Assembly (NCBI GenBank): GCA_041666965.1
Contig: JBAYFX010000002.1
Coordinates: forward strand, 8,417 to 72,416
Origin: Candidatus Shapirobacteria bacterium
Lineage (GTDB): Bacteria > Patescibacteriota > Microgenomatia > UBA12405
Length of the DNA: 64,000 nt
Reading direction: 5' to 3'
Shown here: in pieces, positions 38,651-48,156 of the stretch
How positions within the stretch are numbered: position 1 is the stretch's first letter
Layout of the letters: every line of letters begins with the position of its first letter
Translations under genes and position numbers: made by a program
Notes under the pieces: model-generated
Databases searched by the model: none
Seen by the model: the letters and a program-made list of their open reading frames with translations, nothing else
Told to the model about the DNA's origin: nothing

Positions 38651-39238
38651 TTATCCTCTAATTTCTTTCTCTTTTAAAGCGGCAATTGCCTCCACTTTCG
38701 CCACATACTCATCGGTTAACTTTTGTAACTCAATTTCGTTTCGTTTAAATTCATCCTCACCAATAGTTTTATCCTGTTTTTCGTCCATTAATTTTCGGCG
38801 AACGTCGGCACGAATATCCCTAATAATTCCCCTAATTCCTTCCAATTTTCGCCCCAATAGTTTCACGAAATCTTCCCTTTGTTCTCCGGTTAATGCCGGC
38901 AGACTCATTCGAATTAATTCTCCGTCAACTGTGGGTGACATACCAATATTAGCCGCCGTTATACCGTTGGCAATTTCTCTGATAGCCCCCTGGTCCCACG
39001 GAGTAAAAGTCAGCATTCGCACGTCCGGTACCCCAATAGACCCTAGTTCCATCAGTCTCATTTTCTGCCCGCCATATACCGACACCATCACATTTTCAAT
39101 CAACGCCGGCGTCGCCCTTCCAGTCCTAATCGAGCCAATATCGCCAACAAACAAGGCTACTGACCTCTCCATTTTCGCTTTTATCTCAGATGTGTTTAGC
39201 ATACTTACAATATTACAGGTATTACTCTGCCTTCTCAA
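38651..39238 (-). CDS. frr: Ribosome recycling factor
   Basis: Typical RRF sequence across the full 185-aa core (RTGRATPALIENVMVSVYGGQKMRLMELGSI...). Confidence 0.9.
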   Translation of the reverse strand: MRRQSNTCNIVSMLNTSEIKAKMERSVALFVGDIGSIRTGRATPALIENVMVSVYGGQKMRLMELGSIGVPDVRMLTFTPWDQGAIREIANGITAANIGMSPTVDGELIRMSLPALTGEQREDFVKLLGRKLEGIRGIIRDIRADVRRKLMDEKQDKTIGEDEFKRNEIELQKLTDEYVAKVEAIAALKEKEIRG

Positions 39239-39279
39239 TCCCGTACTTACCCCGCCGACTCAGTCGTAAAAGTACAAAT

Positions 39280-39375
39280 CTTAACGAACGAGGCAAACTA
39301 ATTTTTTGGGCGCGCAGCGATACCGGTAAACGCGAAGCACTTTAACCGGCAAGTTCGAGCACCCAAAAAACGGTT
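39280..39375. repeat. Hairpin-containing intergenic repeat, copy 1 (frr-tsf spacer)
   Basis: GAGGCAAACTAATTTTTTGGGCGCGCAGCGATACC...AAGTTCGAGCACCCAAAAAACGGTTGCC. The TTTTTTGGG/CCCAAAAAA arms are complementary. Confidence 0.7.
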
Positions 39376-39392
39376 GCCAAGTTCAATCTTTT

Positions 39393-39851
39393 TTAAATCT
39401 CAAATCGTTCAATCCGCCCCAGTTTCATATTTTCCCCAAATTTAGACACCAGTTCTTTGATTAAGTCATCAATTTTCCGGCTTGGGTCTTTAATATAATC
39501 CTGAGCCAATAATTCAGTCGCGTCTTTAGGATTCATAGCCGCCACTTGAAGGGCTATTTCTCGGGCTACATTCATAAACTCTTCATTTTTAGCCACAAAA
39601 TCAGTTTCGCAAAGCAACTCTACCATCACCCCAATTTTTCCAGTAGTGTGAGTATAGGTAGCTACTCTCCCCTGCCGGGTTTCCCGGTCAGCCTTTTTCT
39701 CCGCTTTCTCGTAACCTTTCTTTTTTAGTATTTCCATTGTTTTGGCCCTGTCGCCCCCGGCTTCCTCAACCGCTGTCTTAATTTCCATCACTCCAAATCC
39801 AGTCGCTTCCCGAATAACCTTTACTAATTCAATTACTTTTTTGTTGTCCAT
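39393..39851 (-). CDS. tsf: Elongation factor Ts (short form)
   Basis: N-terminal UBA-like segment LVKVIREATGFGVMEIKTAVEEAGGD and a core GRVATYTHTTGKIGVMVEL...DFVAKN. 152 aa. Confidence 0.85.
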   Translation of the reverse strand: MDNKKVIELVKVIREATGFGVMEIKTAVEEAGGDRAKTMEILKKKGYEKAEKKADRETRQGRVATYTHTTGKIGVMVELLCETDFVAKNEEFMNVAREIALQVAAMNPKDATELLAQDYIKDPSRKIDDLIKELVSKFGENMKLGRIERFEI

Positions 39852-39878
39852 ATTTGTTTATTAAATATTAATATAATT

Positions 39879-39955
39879 GAGGCAAACTAATTTTTTGGGC
39901 GCGCAGCGATACCCGAAGGGAAGTTCGAGCACCCAAAAAACGGTTGCCGAAATTC
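39879..39955. repeat. Hairpin-containing intergenic repeat, copy 2 (tsf-rpsB spacer)
   Basis: Same 35-nt left arm and 28-nt right arm as copy 1, with a 7-nt centre instead of 26 nt. Confidence 0.7.
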
Positions 39956-39964
39956 ATAAACTGA

Positions 39965-40885
39965 TTATTTAACCCCAGCCGCTTTAATTGCCCGGCCAAT
40001 TTCCTCAACAATTAATGTCACGGCGTGTACATTATCGTCGTTAGTTGGAATCGCCATGTCAACTATTTCCGGGTTACCGTCAGTGTCCACCATAGCTACA
40101 GTTTTTATTTTCCGCAGTTTGGCTTCCCGAACCGCAGTTTTCTCAAAACCGGCATCCACCAAGAAAATTAAATCAAACAATTTGTCAACATTGCCAATTC
40201 CTCCAACATTTCGCTCGAGTCTGTCAAGTTCTTTGTGAAGTACTGACAATTCTTTTTTGGTTTTGTCGCTGAATTTGTTACCATCCAAACCGTCTTTTAA
40301 ATCCCGATATCTTTTAATGGTTTTTCGAATTTGCTCCCAGTTGGAAATAGTACCACCCAGCCACCGGTCAGTCACATATGGAACTCCGGCGTCAAGCGCT
40401 ACTCTTCGGGTCACTTCACGGGCCATCCTTTTAGTACCTACCATCAATATTTGCTTACCGTTTCTTTTGGCGTTATAAATCATGTCACAAGCCTTCTGTA
40501 AAGCGCCCATGGTTTTAGTTAAGTCAATTATTTCAATTCCGTCTTTGGCGGTGTAAATATTCACTCTGGCTCTTGGATGAGTCTTGCTGACTTTGTGCCC
40601 CAAATGGCATCCGGCCCCAAGCAAGTCTTTAAGTCCAATTGTCAGGTTATATCTTTTGTCCTCAAGTTTTCTTTCTTCTTTTTTAGTTATTTTTACTTCC
40701 TCAGGTTTCGCTTTCTGAGCTTCCAATTTGGTAGCTGCAACTCTGGCTTCATTTAGTTTAGCAATCTGTTCTTTGCTGGTAATCTTTTCAGTCTTTTTCT
40801 CTTTAACAACCAGCGCCGCTTTAGTAATTTTTTTACCGGTGCGGTTGACCGTTTTGACAATTCTTTTTTTGGTGGCTTCTGCCAT
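39965..40885 (-). CDS. rpsB: 30S ribosomal protein S2 with K/E-rich N-terminal extension
   Basis: GAGCHLGHKVSKTHPRA...ILMVGTKR...AGVPYVTDRWLGG S2 core. Sits in the rpsB-tsf-frr order. Confidence 0.9.
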   Translation of the reverse strand: MAEATKKRIVKTVNRTGKKITKAALVVKEKKTEKITSKEQIAKLNEARVAATKLEAQKAKPEEVKITKKEERKLEDKRYNLTIGLKDLLGAGCHLGHKVSKTHPRARVNIYTAKDGIEIIDLTKTMGALQKACDMIYNAKRNGKQILMVGTKRMAREVTRRVALDAGVPYVTDRWLGGTISNWEQIRKTIKRYRDLKDGLDGNKFSDKTKKELSVLHKELDRLERNVGGIGNVDKLFDLIFLVDAGFEKTAVREAKLRKIKTVAMVDTDGNPEIVDMAIPTNDDNVHAVTLIVEEIGRAIKAAGVK

Positions 40886-40980
40886 AGGTTTTATCCTTTT
40901 TATTTTCCCTTTGAGGGCAATTTATATTACCCAGGATAAATCGGGAAAAAAATCTTTAACCGCCTATTGTATCATGCCCA

Positions 40981-42192
40981 TTAGCTTAATGTCTCACCCA
41001 CCACTGACCTAATTGCTCCAATAACCTGCTGCTCTACATCAGGATTATTCCTACTGCTTCCGTCTTCAAATTTTTCCCATACAGCCGGCTCCGAGCCGAC
41101 AGCATGCACATTAAACAAACGTCCACCCATCGTAACCACCAAAATTCCCCAATCGGCACTCCGGCTTACCCTAATACTTACGCTTATCCCGCCAATAGTT
41201 ACTACCCCGTCTATGTCTTGTCTAGATTCGATAAGCTGATCCCTAACTCTATCTAATAATCCTCTGTCAGCTTTAATTCTTACCTTTTCAACCGCAAACC
41301 TTTGCTCAAGACTGTCCCCTCCGGTAACTATCAGTGGCCGGGTCGGACCTTTAGCATCGACCGCTCCCTCCGCTTTTATCGGTTCCCACACTTTTGTAAA
41401 GTTCTGATCGTCTTTTCTACCACTAAACTCTGCCATCTCCGAACCAAAGAGTCTTATTAATCTCCGCATAGTTTTATTAACCTCGCCCACTGAAAATGTA
41501 TCACTCCCCAATGGTCTAAAAACAACCTCATCATTCACCTGGTTTAATCCCTCTACTTTGAAATTTTTTCCACCATTGTCCAAAACATTCACTCTCGGAT
41601 TATCACCATCACCTCCTTGAATAATTACCATCATCATTTCTCCTCTTCCATCTTCGGTTAGTTGGCAATGTAACACCGTGTGAATACTACCATCTTGGCT
41701 CCTATGCTCTTTACCCCCTAACCTTTGTAATCCGGCTACAATTACTCCAAATCTTGAATCTTCTGGTGTCAAACAAAACTCGCTTCTTGAATTAGTATCA
41801 ACAGTCTTAGCTACCTCTCTTGTCCCCACTGATATTATTTTCGCCTCCGCCGATTTCACTGTTATCTCCTCACCTCCCATTCTCTTTTCAGGTACATAAC
41901 CAGTATCAAGACCTTGCAAACCTTTCGTTTTTCCGGCTGCGCGATTCTTCCTCACCAACTCATCAGTCCAGTTCCAAGCAGACATTCCCCTATCATCCGC
42001 GTCCGCTCCCCCATCTCTCCACCTTAGTCTACTTACTGCTTTAAATATTATTTCACCATTTCCCAAGTTCCTAATTCTAAAAACACCTTGCTCTTGCTCT
42101 CTTTCCTGATATACGATATTTTCATCAATCACCTCCCCCCCAAACCTAACATGATAAACATATTTTTGACCTTCAGGACAATTCTTACACAT
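40981..42192 (-). CDS. Hypothetical protein, island gene (G/E/R-rich, 403 aa)
   Basis: Long uninterrupted ORF with no recognisable motif. Its composition is atypical for the rest of the window. Confidence 0.45.
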   Translation of the reverse strand: MCKNCPEGQKYVYHVRFGGEVIDENIVYQEREQEQGVFRIRNLGNGEIIFKAVSRLRWRDGGADADDRGMSAWNWTDELVRKNRAAGKTKGLQGLDTGYVPEKRMGGEEITVKSAEAKIISVGTREVAKTVDTNSRSEFCLTPEDSRFGVIVAGLQRLGGKEHRSQDGSIHTVLHCQLTEDGRGEMMMVIIQGGDGDNPRVNVLDNGGKNFKVEGLNQVNDEVVFRPLGSDTFSVGEVNKTMRRLIRLFGSEMAEFSGRKDDQNFTKVWEPIKAEGAVDAKGPTRPLIVTGGDSLEQRFAVEKVRIKADRGLLDRVRDQLIESRQDIDGVVTIGGISVSIRVSRSADWGILVVTMGGRLFNVHAVGSEPAVWEKFEDGSSRNNPDVEQQVIGAIRSVVGETLS

Positions 42193-42216
42193 ATGCCAAT
42201 AATATCACAAACTAGA

Positions 42217-42408
42217 TCATGTTTTAACCTTGTTTTCCTCCGTTATGATCAGCCTGGCTTGAGGTAATTCTGGTTTAATCGGAACAATTACTAAACCATT
42301 TGTATCAACTCCTTTTCTCTTCCACCCTCCTAACGGTTCCCATGGTCCTTTTGGTATCTGAAATCCATTATCATTATCTAAAATTTTTTTATAATCATGC
42401 CTTCCCAT
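42217..42408 (-). CDS. Small hypothetical protein (63 aa)
   Basis: Short ORF between island genes. Low support. Confidence 0.25.
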   Translation of the reverse strand: MGRHDYKKILDNDNGFQIPKGPWEPLGGWKRKGVDTNGLVIVPIKPELPQARLIITEENKVKT

Positions 42409-42468
42409 AATTAATTATACTACGCACCCAGTAAGTACACCGTAAAAATTTAATCAGTATTACTACTT

Positions 42469-43059
42469 TTACAAAAGTCCCATTTTCATCATTTGTACGT
42501 TAAATACTCCCATAACCTTAGTTGCTATTTCACTGGCTTTTGTTATCGACATGTCACACAAATTAAAGACCTTGAAACTAGTCAATTGCGCATCTTTCAC
42601 CACAAAACTCAAACCATACCAGTTTTCCCCTGTTCTTACTCTAAGTAAAAACTGATCCTCTACCTTATCCCATTGCGCAACAAATTGATCATCAGGATTC
42701 ATACCAAATATCAAGGAAACACCATTGTAACCAGCCATAGTCAAACTTTTTAATGTGCTACGCATTAGTAAAATCCTATACCAATCATTTTCCCCTATTC
42801 CCGCATCAATCATTTGATTTCTTAATTCATTACTGGTGCCGCTCCATTTTAAAGCTGCTCCGGTTTTATCATATTTAGCTATAGAATAAGTAGGGTCTCT
42901 TAGTCGAATCCCTTCCCCTACAGGGTATGGCAAGCTCCCATCGTCCACAGCCGCCCCAAATCCAAAACATTTTGGGGATAGTTGTACCCCCTTTCCCCAC
43001 AAAGTCGGCCCGTCACTTCCTCTAATCTTACTTTCAATATCTCCAAAACTCATCACCAA
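42469..43059 (-). CDS. Hypothetical protein, island gene (196 aa)
   Basis: ORF preceded by a conserved ATATTATAGGTTTA...TATAAT-N5-ATG architecture shared with the next gene. Confidence 0.45.
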   Translation of the reverse strand: MVMSFGDIESKIRGSDGPTLWGKGVQLSPKCFGFGAAVDDGSLPYPVGEGIRLRDPTYSIAKYDKTGAALKWSGTSNELRNQMIDAGIGENDWYRILLMRSTLKSLTMAGYNGVSLIFGMNPDDQFVAQWDKVEDQFLLRVRTGENWYGLSFVVKDAQLTSFKVFNLCDMSITKASEIATKVMGVFNVQMMKMGLL

Positions 43060-43085
43060 TTATACCATATATAAACCTATAATAT
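43059..43085 (-). promoter_or_regulatory. Conserved promoter-like element upstream of 42469-43059
   Basis: The minus strand reads TAATATATTATAGGTTTATATATGGTATAATTGGTGATG. A TATAAT hexamer sits 5 nt before the ATG, suggesting a leaderless start. The ATATTATAGGTTTA box is shared with 43790-43815. Confidence 0.4.
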
Positions 43086-43103
43086 ATTAAAACTTCTACA
43101 CCC

Positions 43104-43790
43104 TCACCCTAAAGTAGATTGACCATAATAACCATCTTTTCCCGCTAAATCTACTGTAGTTTCTGGATTATTTATTATACTGGGCAACAAAGCCATTATT
43201 TTGTCTATCCCAATTCGTTTTTTACCATTTTCTAATCTAGAATCTCTACCTTCAACTGTAAATTCAACTAACTTACTTCTCTCAAATTTACAGTCCACCA
43301 GTACACTATCAGGATTATCAATTTCACTTACAATCATTCTCAAATTTTTTGTGGAATTATCCCAAAACAGTATTAGTCTATTTCCGCTCTCTCCTATCAA
43401 CTTATTAATTAATGCTGATTCCAATCCTTCAATACGTGAGACCTTATCTTCTAATTTATTTGTTAACCTCATAATCATTTCCCATCTCTCTTGGTTTATT
43501 CCTACTCCCTCCATCATCATAGCCAACCCATAATTATCCATACCTTCCCACAGCTTCGACCACTCTTCTTGTTGCAATGGGCCCCCTACCCCCTGAGTCT
43601 GGTTTTCTACCATATCAGTCAAACCGTGTACAAAAGTCATTGATCCTTCCCCGGGTGGATAACCCCCCACAGTCGGCCGCGTCCAAACACCTATCAATCC
43701 CCATCTTAAAACGAAATCAGCGCCTTGCCCCAAACTCCACTCCCCATCTCCTAATGTGCCCCTTGGGCTCACTTCGTAAATCATCGACAA
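43104..43790 (-). CDS. Hypothetical protein, island gene (228 aa)
   Basis: ORF with the same upstream architecture as the downstream gene. No recognisable motif. Confidence 0.45.
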   Translation of the reverse strand: MSMIYEVSPRGTLGDGEWSLGQGADFVLRWGLIGVWTRPTVGGYPPGEGSMTFVHGLTDMVENQTQGVGGPLQQEEWSKLWEGMDNYGLAMMMEGVGINQERWEMIMRLTNKLEDKVSRIEGLESALINKLIGESGNRLILFWDNSTKNLRMIVSEIDNPDSVLVDCKFERSKLVEFTVEGRDSRLENGKKRIGIDKIMALLPSIINNPETTVDLAGKDGYYGQSTLG

Positions 43791-43815
43791 TTATAGCATA
43801 AGTAAACCTATAATA
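43790..43815 (-). promoter_or_regulatory. Conserved promoter-like element upstream of 43104-43790
   Basis: The minus strand reads AACTAATATTATAGGTTTACTTATGCTATAATTGTCGATG: the same box, a TATAAT, a 5-nt gap and an ATG. Confidence 0.4.
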
Positions 43816-44979
43816 TTAGTTTTTATTATCGTACCACCTAGGCAAGTCCACCCCAAAACACCCAATTACCCCATCACCCTCAACTTCTTTAAACATTGAA
43901 TTAAGATGAACCAGTTTTATCTCTCCTAACCCACCCTCCGTTACACAACAAGACAGCATTTCCACTGCTTTTCTCATTTTTGTTCTTATTCTCCAGTCTA
44001 CCGACTCAACCCCTTTTCCTGTTTGATTCATCAAATTCACTAATACCACCTCTCCCTCCTCATCAAAATTCGCTATTATTTTCCAATTTTCATTTGTAAC
44101 TTTATCTTGAATCACGATTCTTAATATTCTGTCATTTGACTCCCAAGCTCCAATCGCTTTATTAGTTTCTCCGTCTGCTACTAAAATTCCCACATCCGCA
44201 CCCGCATCATAATATAAAGAATTCTCAAGCATCCCTTTTACCCCATAAATCCCATCCAAATCCCCTTGGTTAAAACCCAACCCTTCTAATCTTTTTCTAA
44301 CTTGATATGACGTCCCCTCTTCCCACCCGCCCCCACTCATTTCCTGTTCTTCACGTAACTCAGTTATGTTTTCTTTGGCTGCTTTATGTACTACCTGCCA
44401 CATACTACTCCAATCAAAACCCTCTTTAATATCACCATCTATCTCAGTTACCCTGTCACCCTCAAACCTTACTCTAACTTTTGCTAAAGTTTCACCCTCT
44501 TCTTCTGGCTCCAATTCAATTCTCAAAACTCCATCATCAGCATAACTTGCCAGTAATTTACGGTCCCCTATTCGGTAAGTTAAATATCCAACCTCTCCGC
44601 TCGCCATATCAGTCCCAATTTGTTTTTTTATATCAACCACGCTTAAAAATGCCGCACCCCCCAACTTCATTTCCACCAGCTTACGTTTATCCAATCCACT
44701 AGGTTTCAAAGTCAATGTCTCCGCTTGGGGCATTACTTCACCCTCCACTTTCAGAGTCTCCATAGCTTCTCTAAAGGCCATTTCGTTTTCAATACCTTCC
44801 ATTAAACTCTCCCGGCTTCTCATTGCCCTGGTTACTTCTGGTAATTTTGGTCTTGGTCCGTCCCCCGTCGGATATTCCATTCCTGTTACTCGTGTCCTAA
44901 ATTGACTCAAGCACCCGGCTACTTGCCAACCAAGAGGGTTATACCCTCTCTTTCCTTCACCGCTTTCTATTTTAGCCAT
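43816..44979 (-). CDS. Hypothetical protein, member of island paralog family (387 aa)
   Basis: N-terminal GYNPLGWQVAGC resembles DGLALRPVTGC of the 642-aa protein. Carries a W/E-rich module (AIGAWESNDRILRIVIQDKVTNENWKIIANFDEEGE). Confidence 0.45.
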   Translation of the reverse strand: MAKIESGEGKRGYNPLGWQVAGCLSQFRTRVTGMEYPTGDGPRPKLPEVTRAMRSRESLMEGIENEMAFREAMETLKVEGEVMPQAETLTLKPSGLDKRKLVEMKLGGAAFLSVVDIKKQIGTDMASGEVGYLTYRIGDRKLLASYADDGVLRIELEPEEEGETLAKVRVRFEGDRVTEIDGDIKEGFDWSSMWQVVHKAAKENITELREEQEMSGGGWEEGTSYQVRKRLEGLGFNQGDLDGIYGVKGMLENSLYYDAGADVGILVADGETNKAIGAWESNDRILRIVIQDKVTNENWKIIANFDEEGEVVLVNLMNQTGKGVESVDWRIRTKMRKAVEMLSCCVTEGGLGEIKLVHLNSMFKEVEGDGVIGCFGVDLPRWYDNKN

Positions 44980-45251
44980 TAGTTACTTGGGTGGTACATG
45001 CCCACCCTTGCCCCTAATTTAACTGCATAATCGATTAGGAGTAAATCATCTGTCACCCTGAGTCCCTTTAAATTCAGTTGTATGTCACCTCCACCTCTTG
45101 GTTGTGGTAAATCTGCCACTACCAACTCAGTTGTCAACCCATATTCACCAATACACTTTCGGCAGGCGTCAACCGGCTCTCTTCTCCCCCCTGCTTCCAC
45201 CACCGCCAATCCAACTCCGATTTCAGTTTTGCAAAATGTACATTTACTCAT
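44979..45251 (-). CDS. Zn-ribbon small protein (CxxC...CxxC), island gene
   Basis: 90 aa. CTFCKTEIG...ACRKCIGEYG. Translationally coupled to its flanking genes (1-2 nt junctions). Confidence 0.4.
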   Translation of the reverse strand: MSKCTFCKTEIGVGLAVVEAGGRREPVDACRKCIGEYGLTTELVVADLPQPRGGGDIQLNLKGLRVTDDLLLIDYAVKLGARVGMYHPSN

Positions 45252-45253
45252 AA

Positions 45254-46246
45254 TTAATTCAAATTTAAATTTATAATTCGTCCATTAGTTACAACTGTAT
45301 CTTCCTTCCCCCCATAAACTCCAAACCTATCAACTTTACTTGGATCAACCCATCCCAAGTCAGGTTTAGGGTCATCTACAAATTCAAAGACCGGAATCTC
45401 TTCTTTCTGTGTCTTCTCTTGTTCTAGTTCTACTACTTTCCAATCAGAAGTAACCAACCCGCAAATCAGACCTGTTTCAGCTCCCTCTTCTCCCAGTTCT
45501 CCGCCCTCAGCCTCTTCAATTATCTCAATTCCCCTAATACTCTCCGCTTCTCCGTACTCCATTAAGTGGTTCAAAAAACTACTCACTATTCCTCTTTGAA
45601 CCTCATCAGGCAAACTACCCGCCTGGGTAATAAACGCAAATGCCTCAACTTCCCCGCTCTCACCAAACCCAAAGCTAATCCCAAAATCTTCCATCGAGTC
45701 GTCACTCCAAACAACTGCCAAAGTCCCCTCCGCCCTATCCCACATCACCGAAGCATCAAAACTTCCAGCAGCTAAAAATGCACAGGCGACCTGCTCCATA
45801 CCATTAAGCGCTTTGCCTAATTCCTTCTTAAAATACAATATTCTGGCCCAACTTTCCGGACCAAACCCAAATCCTTCCATCTCCGTTCGGAAATCCCCCA
45901 GCTTCCTCCATTCAATTTCCCTTTCAATTACCTTCAAGCCTTCGTATTTGGGCATATCCGTTACCGGTACTCCCATTCCGGCATAAACGCACAACGATTC
46001 TTCCCAAACTCTAAAAGCCTCTTCCATTTTTAAAAACCGCACTGGCAATACCGGGTCAATCCCTTCCTTCTCCCTCCTGAACCCTACTCCCTTCAGACTC
46101 TCTCCAGTTGCGCCCCCCCCTGCCACGTCCATAACTAACTGCGAATATGGCCTCAACGCCACTCCATCATGACCCTCCCTCCTTTCACTTTTATCTTCAC
46201 CTCTTATTTCTTTTTCTAAATCTCCCATCAGTTTCTCCCCCACCAA
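45254..46246 (-). CDS. Hypothetical protein, member of island paralog family (330 aa)
   Basis: N-terminus MVGEKLMG...DGVALRP parallels MGEKKMG...DGLALRP of the 642-aa protein. Shares the GFGPESWARILYFKKEL motif. Confidence 0.45.
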   Translation of the reverse strand: MVGEKLMGDLEKEIRGEDKSERREGHDGVALRPYSQLVMDVAGGGATGESLKGVGFRREKEGIDPVLPVRFLKMEEAFRVWEESLCVYAGMGVPVTDMPKYEGLKVIEREIEWRKLGDFRTEMEGFGFGPESWARILYFKKELGKALNGMEQVACAFLAAGSFDASVMWDRAEGTLAVVWSDDSMEDFGISFGFGESGEVEAFAFITQAGSLPDEVQRGIVSSFLNHLMEYGEAESIRGIEIIEEAEGGELGEEGAETGLICGLVTSDWKVVELEQEKTQKEEIPVFEFVDDPKPDLGWVDPSKVDRFGVYGGKEDTVVTNGRIINLNLN

Positions 46247-48156
46247 CTACTAATAACTAATCTAGGAGCAAGTTCTTTTATTGTAATTCTTTGCAAACTT
46301 TTCTCACCCATAACACCCCTTAATTCCCAATCAACTGGAAATTCACCTTTGGTCGTGTCATCCACTCTTTTCTCCTTTTTGGGAATAACTTCACAACTCC
46401 AATCATCCTGTTTTGCCGCCATTTCCCCCAATAGTGCCAACCCCATACCCACTTTTCTATTTTGCCACCTTTTTCCCTTTCCCTCTGTTAGTTCCATATC
46501 CCACGCCGCCAATTCTCCACTTTCGTCAAACATAAAATGTAACCTATGTACTTCTTCCCCCTTTCTCCAACCTACCTCTACAAACCCCGGCTTTTCCCCG
46601 CTTACCCAAACCGTATGTTTTCTCAGTTCTGTTTTCAGTTTTATTACTGTACCCTCTGGCTCGTTTATCAAACTTTTTTCAATCCCTCCGGCCATTACCA
46701 CTAAGTCGTACCACCGCTCATGAGTAAACCCCGCCTCCTCCAAAGCTTGCTGAAACTCCCCTACTTTGCTCCAAACCACACCTAGTTGGCTCTCCAGTTT
46801 CTTGTCATTACCTTTATTTAATCCAATTACCCACGACCCTTTAGCTCTGAAAATTTTTGAAGTTAATGTTTCTTCACAAAAGTAATTTGGTTCTGCCTCA
46901 AGAGGTTCGTTTTTAGGTCTAAATCCCCAAAACTTTGCTTCGTGATTTTTCTCCACCCAGCACCGTCCTCCGTCCCTTTCCTCAACCCTAGGTCTCCTCT
47001 CTGCTCTAGGCCCCACTTCTTCCAGCTCAACCAAATTAATATCAATATTCGTCTCTTCCGTCTTCATTAGTCGCATTATGGCCCTTACCTCACCAATTCC
47101 TTCCACCCATTCATCTTTTGGGTACTCTTCACCGTTCCTTTCCACCGTTAACATCGCCAAGTCACCCGCCTTGTCAAACATAAAAGTCAGTGTCTTTTCC
47201 TCACCCTGCCCCGCCCTGTCCCAAATCAGTGTCAACCGGCATTTTCCTTGTTCCCACTCCAACCCAATTACCTTTTCTCCAATGGTAATCTCTCCCACTG
47301 CCATTTTATTACTCTCACCTACAAGTTTAGCTTCCCCAATATCTTTTAGATGAAGTACGTTTACCCAATCTTCGTGTTCAATACCGCAGTCATTTAACAA
47401 CTGCTGTCTTTTACCAACATTTTCCCAAGTCTCAGGCTCCCCTTCACCTAATTGGTCAACTACCAAAGTTCCTTCAGTTGCTAACTGCTGTTCGGTAAAT
47501 GCTCCAATGTCATAAATCAAACTACTTCTGTCCACCTTCTTCATTTTGGCAAGTAATTTCTCTATAACAGTTTTTCTTGTTTCTAAGTCTCCTACCGACT
47601 CTGTGTCAATTTGCAAATCCAAGCACTCAAAGCCACCTTCTTTGCTAAAGCCAATACACAACGAATGCCATCTCAACTCCTCATTATTCCAAAAAATATT
47701 TAGCGAACTCTCGTCCACATCCCATTGAGCCCCCACCTCTTCTCTATTAATCCTTAAATTCCCACTAGAAATAATTTGTTTTTTGTCGCTATCAATAACT
47801 ATCCTTAACTCTTGGCGTAAATACAACACATCCGCCCAAGCTTCCCGGTCAAAGCCGTTTTTCACCAATTCCTCTCCCGCTTTAGTTCCCTTCATTTGAT
47901 CCCAACTACTACTAAAGTCATTTTCTGTCCGATATGGCCATCTGGTCCAAGGCACTTCGTCTCCTCCATGGGCCGCCAAACAAAACTGTACATCTACTCC
48001 CCAAGACTGCTCAAGGTCCGCAATTATTCTTGGAAACAAGTCACTAGAATATGCCGATTCAGCCCCCGGTTCCAATGCTTCCCTAACACATCCCGTTACC
48101 GGTCTGAGCGCCAAACCATCATTCCCCTCAACCCTGCCCATTTTTTTCTCCCCCAT
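46228..48156 (-). CDS. Hypothetical repeat protein, largest member of island paralog family (642 aa)
   Basis: Three internal copies of a ~150-aa module marked by G(F/I)xHExW..VL.L and W...R.L.hhFDe.GE. No known domain. Confidence 0.45.
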   Translation of the reverse strand: MGEKKMGRVEGNDGLALRPVTGCVREALEPGAESAYSSDLFPRIIADLEQSWGVDVQFCLAAHGGDEVPWTRWPYRTENDFSSSWDQMKGTKAGEELVKNGFDREAWADVLYLRQELRIVIDSDKKQIISSGNLRINREEVGAQWDVDESSLNIFWNNEELRWHSLCIGFSKEGGFECLDLQIDTESVGDLETRKTVIEKLLAKMKKVDRSSLIYDIGAFTEQQLATEGTLVVDQLGEGEPETWENVGKRQQLLNDCGIEHEDWVNVLHLKDIGEAKLVGESNKMAVGEITIGEKVIGLEWEQGKCRLTLIWDRAGQGEEKTLTFMFDKAGDLAMLTVERNGEEYPKDEWVEGIGEVRAIMRLMKTEETNIDINLVELEEVGPRAERRPRVEERDGGRCWVEKNHEAKFWGFRPKNEPLEAEPNYFCEETLTSKIFRAKGSWVIGLNKGNDKKLESQLGVVWSKVGEFQQALEEAGFTHERWYDLVVMAGGIEKSLINEPEGTVIKLKTELRKHTVWVSGEKPGFVEVGWRKGEEVHRLHFMFDESGELAAWDMELTEGKGKRWQNRKVGMGLALLGEMAAKQDDWSCEVIPKKEKRVDDTTKGEFPVDWELRGVMGEKSLQRITIKELAPRLVISSWWGRN

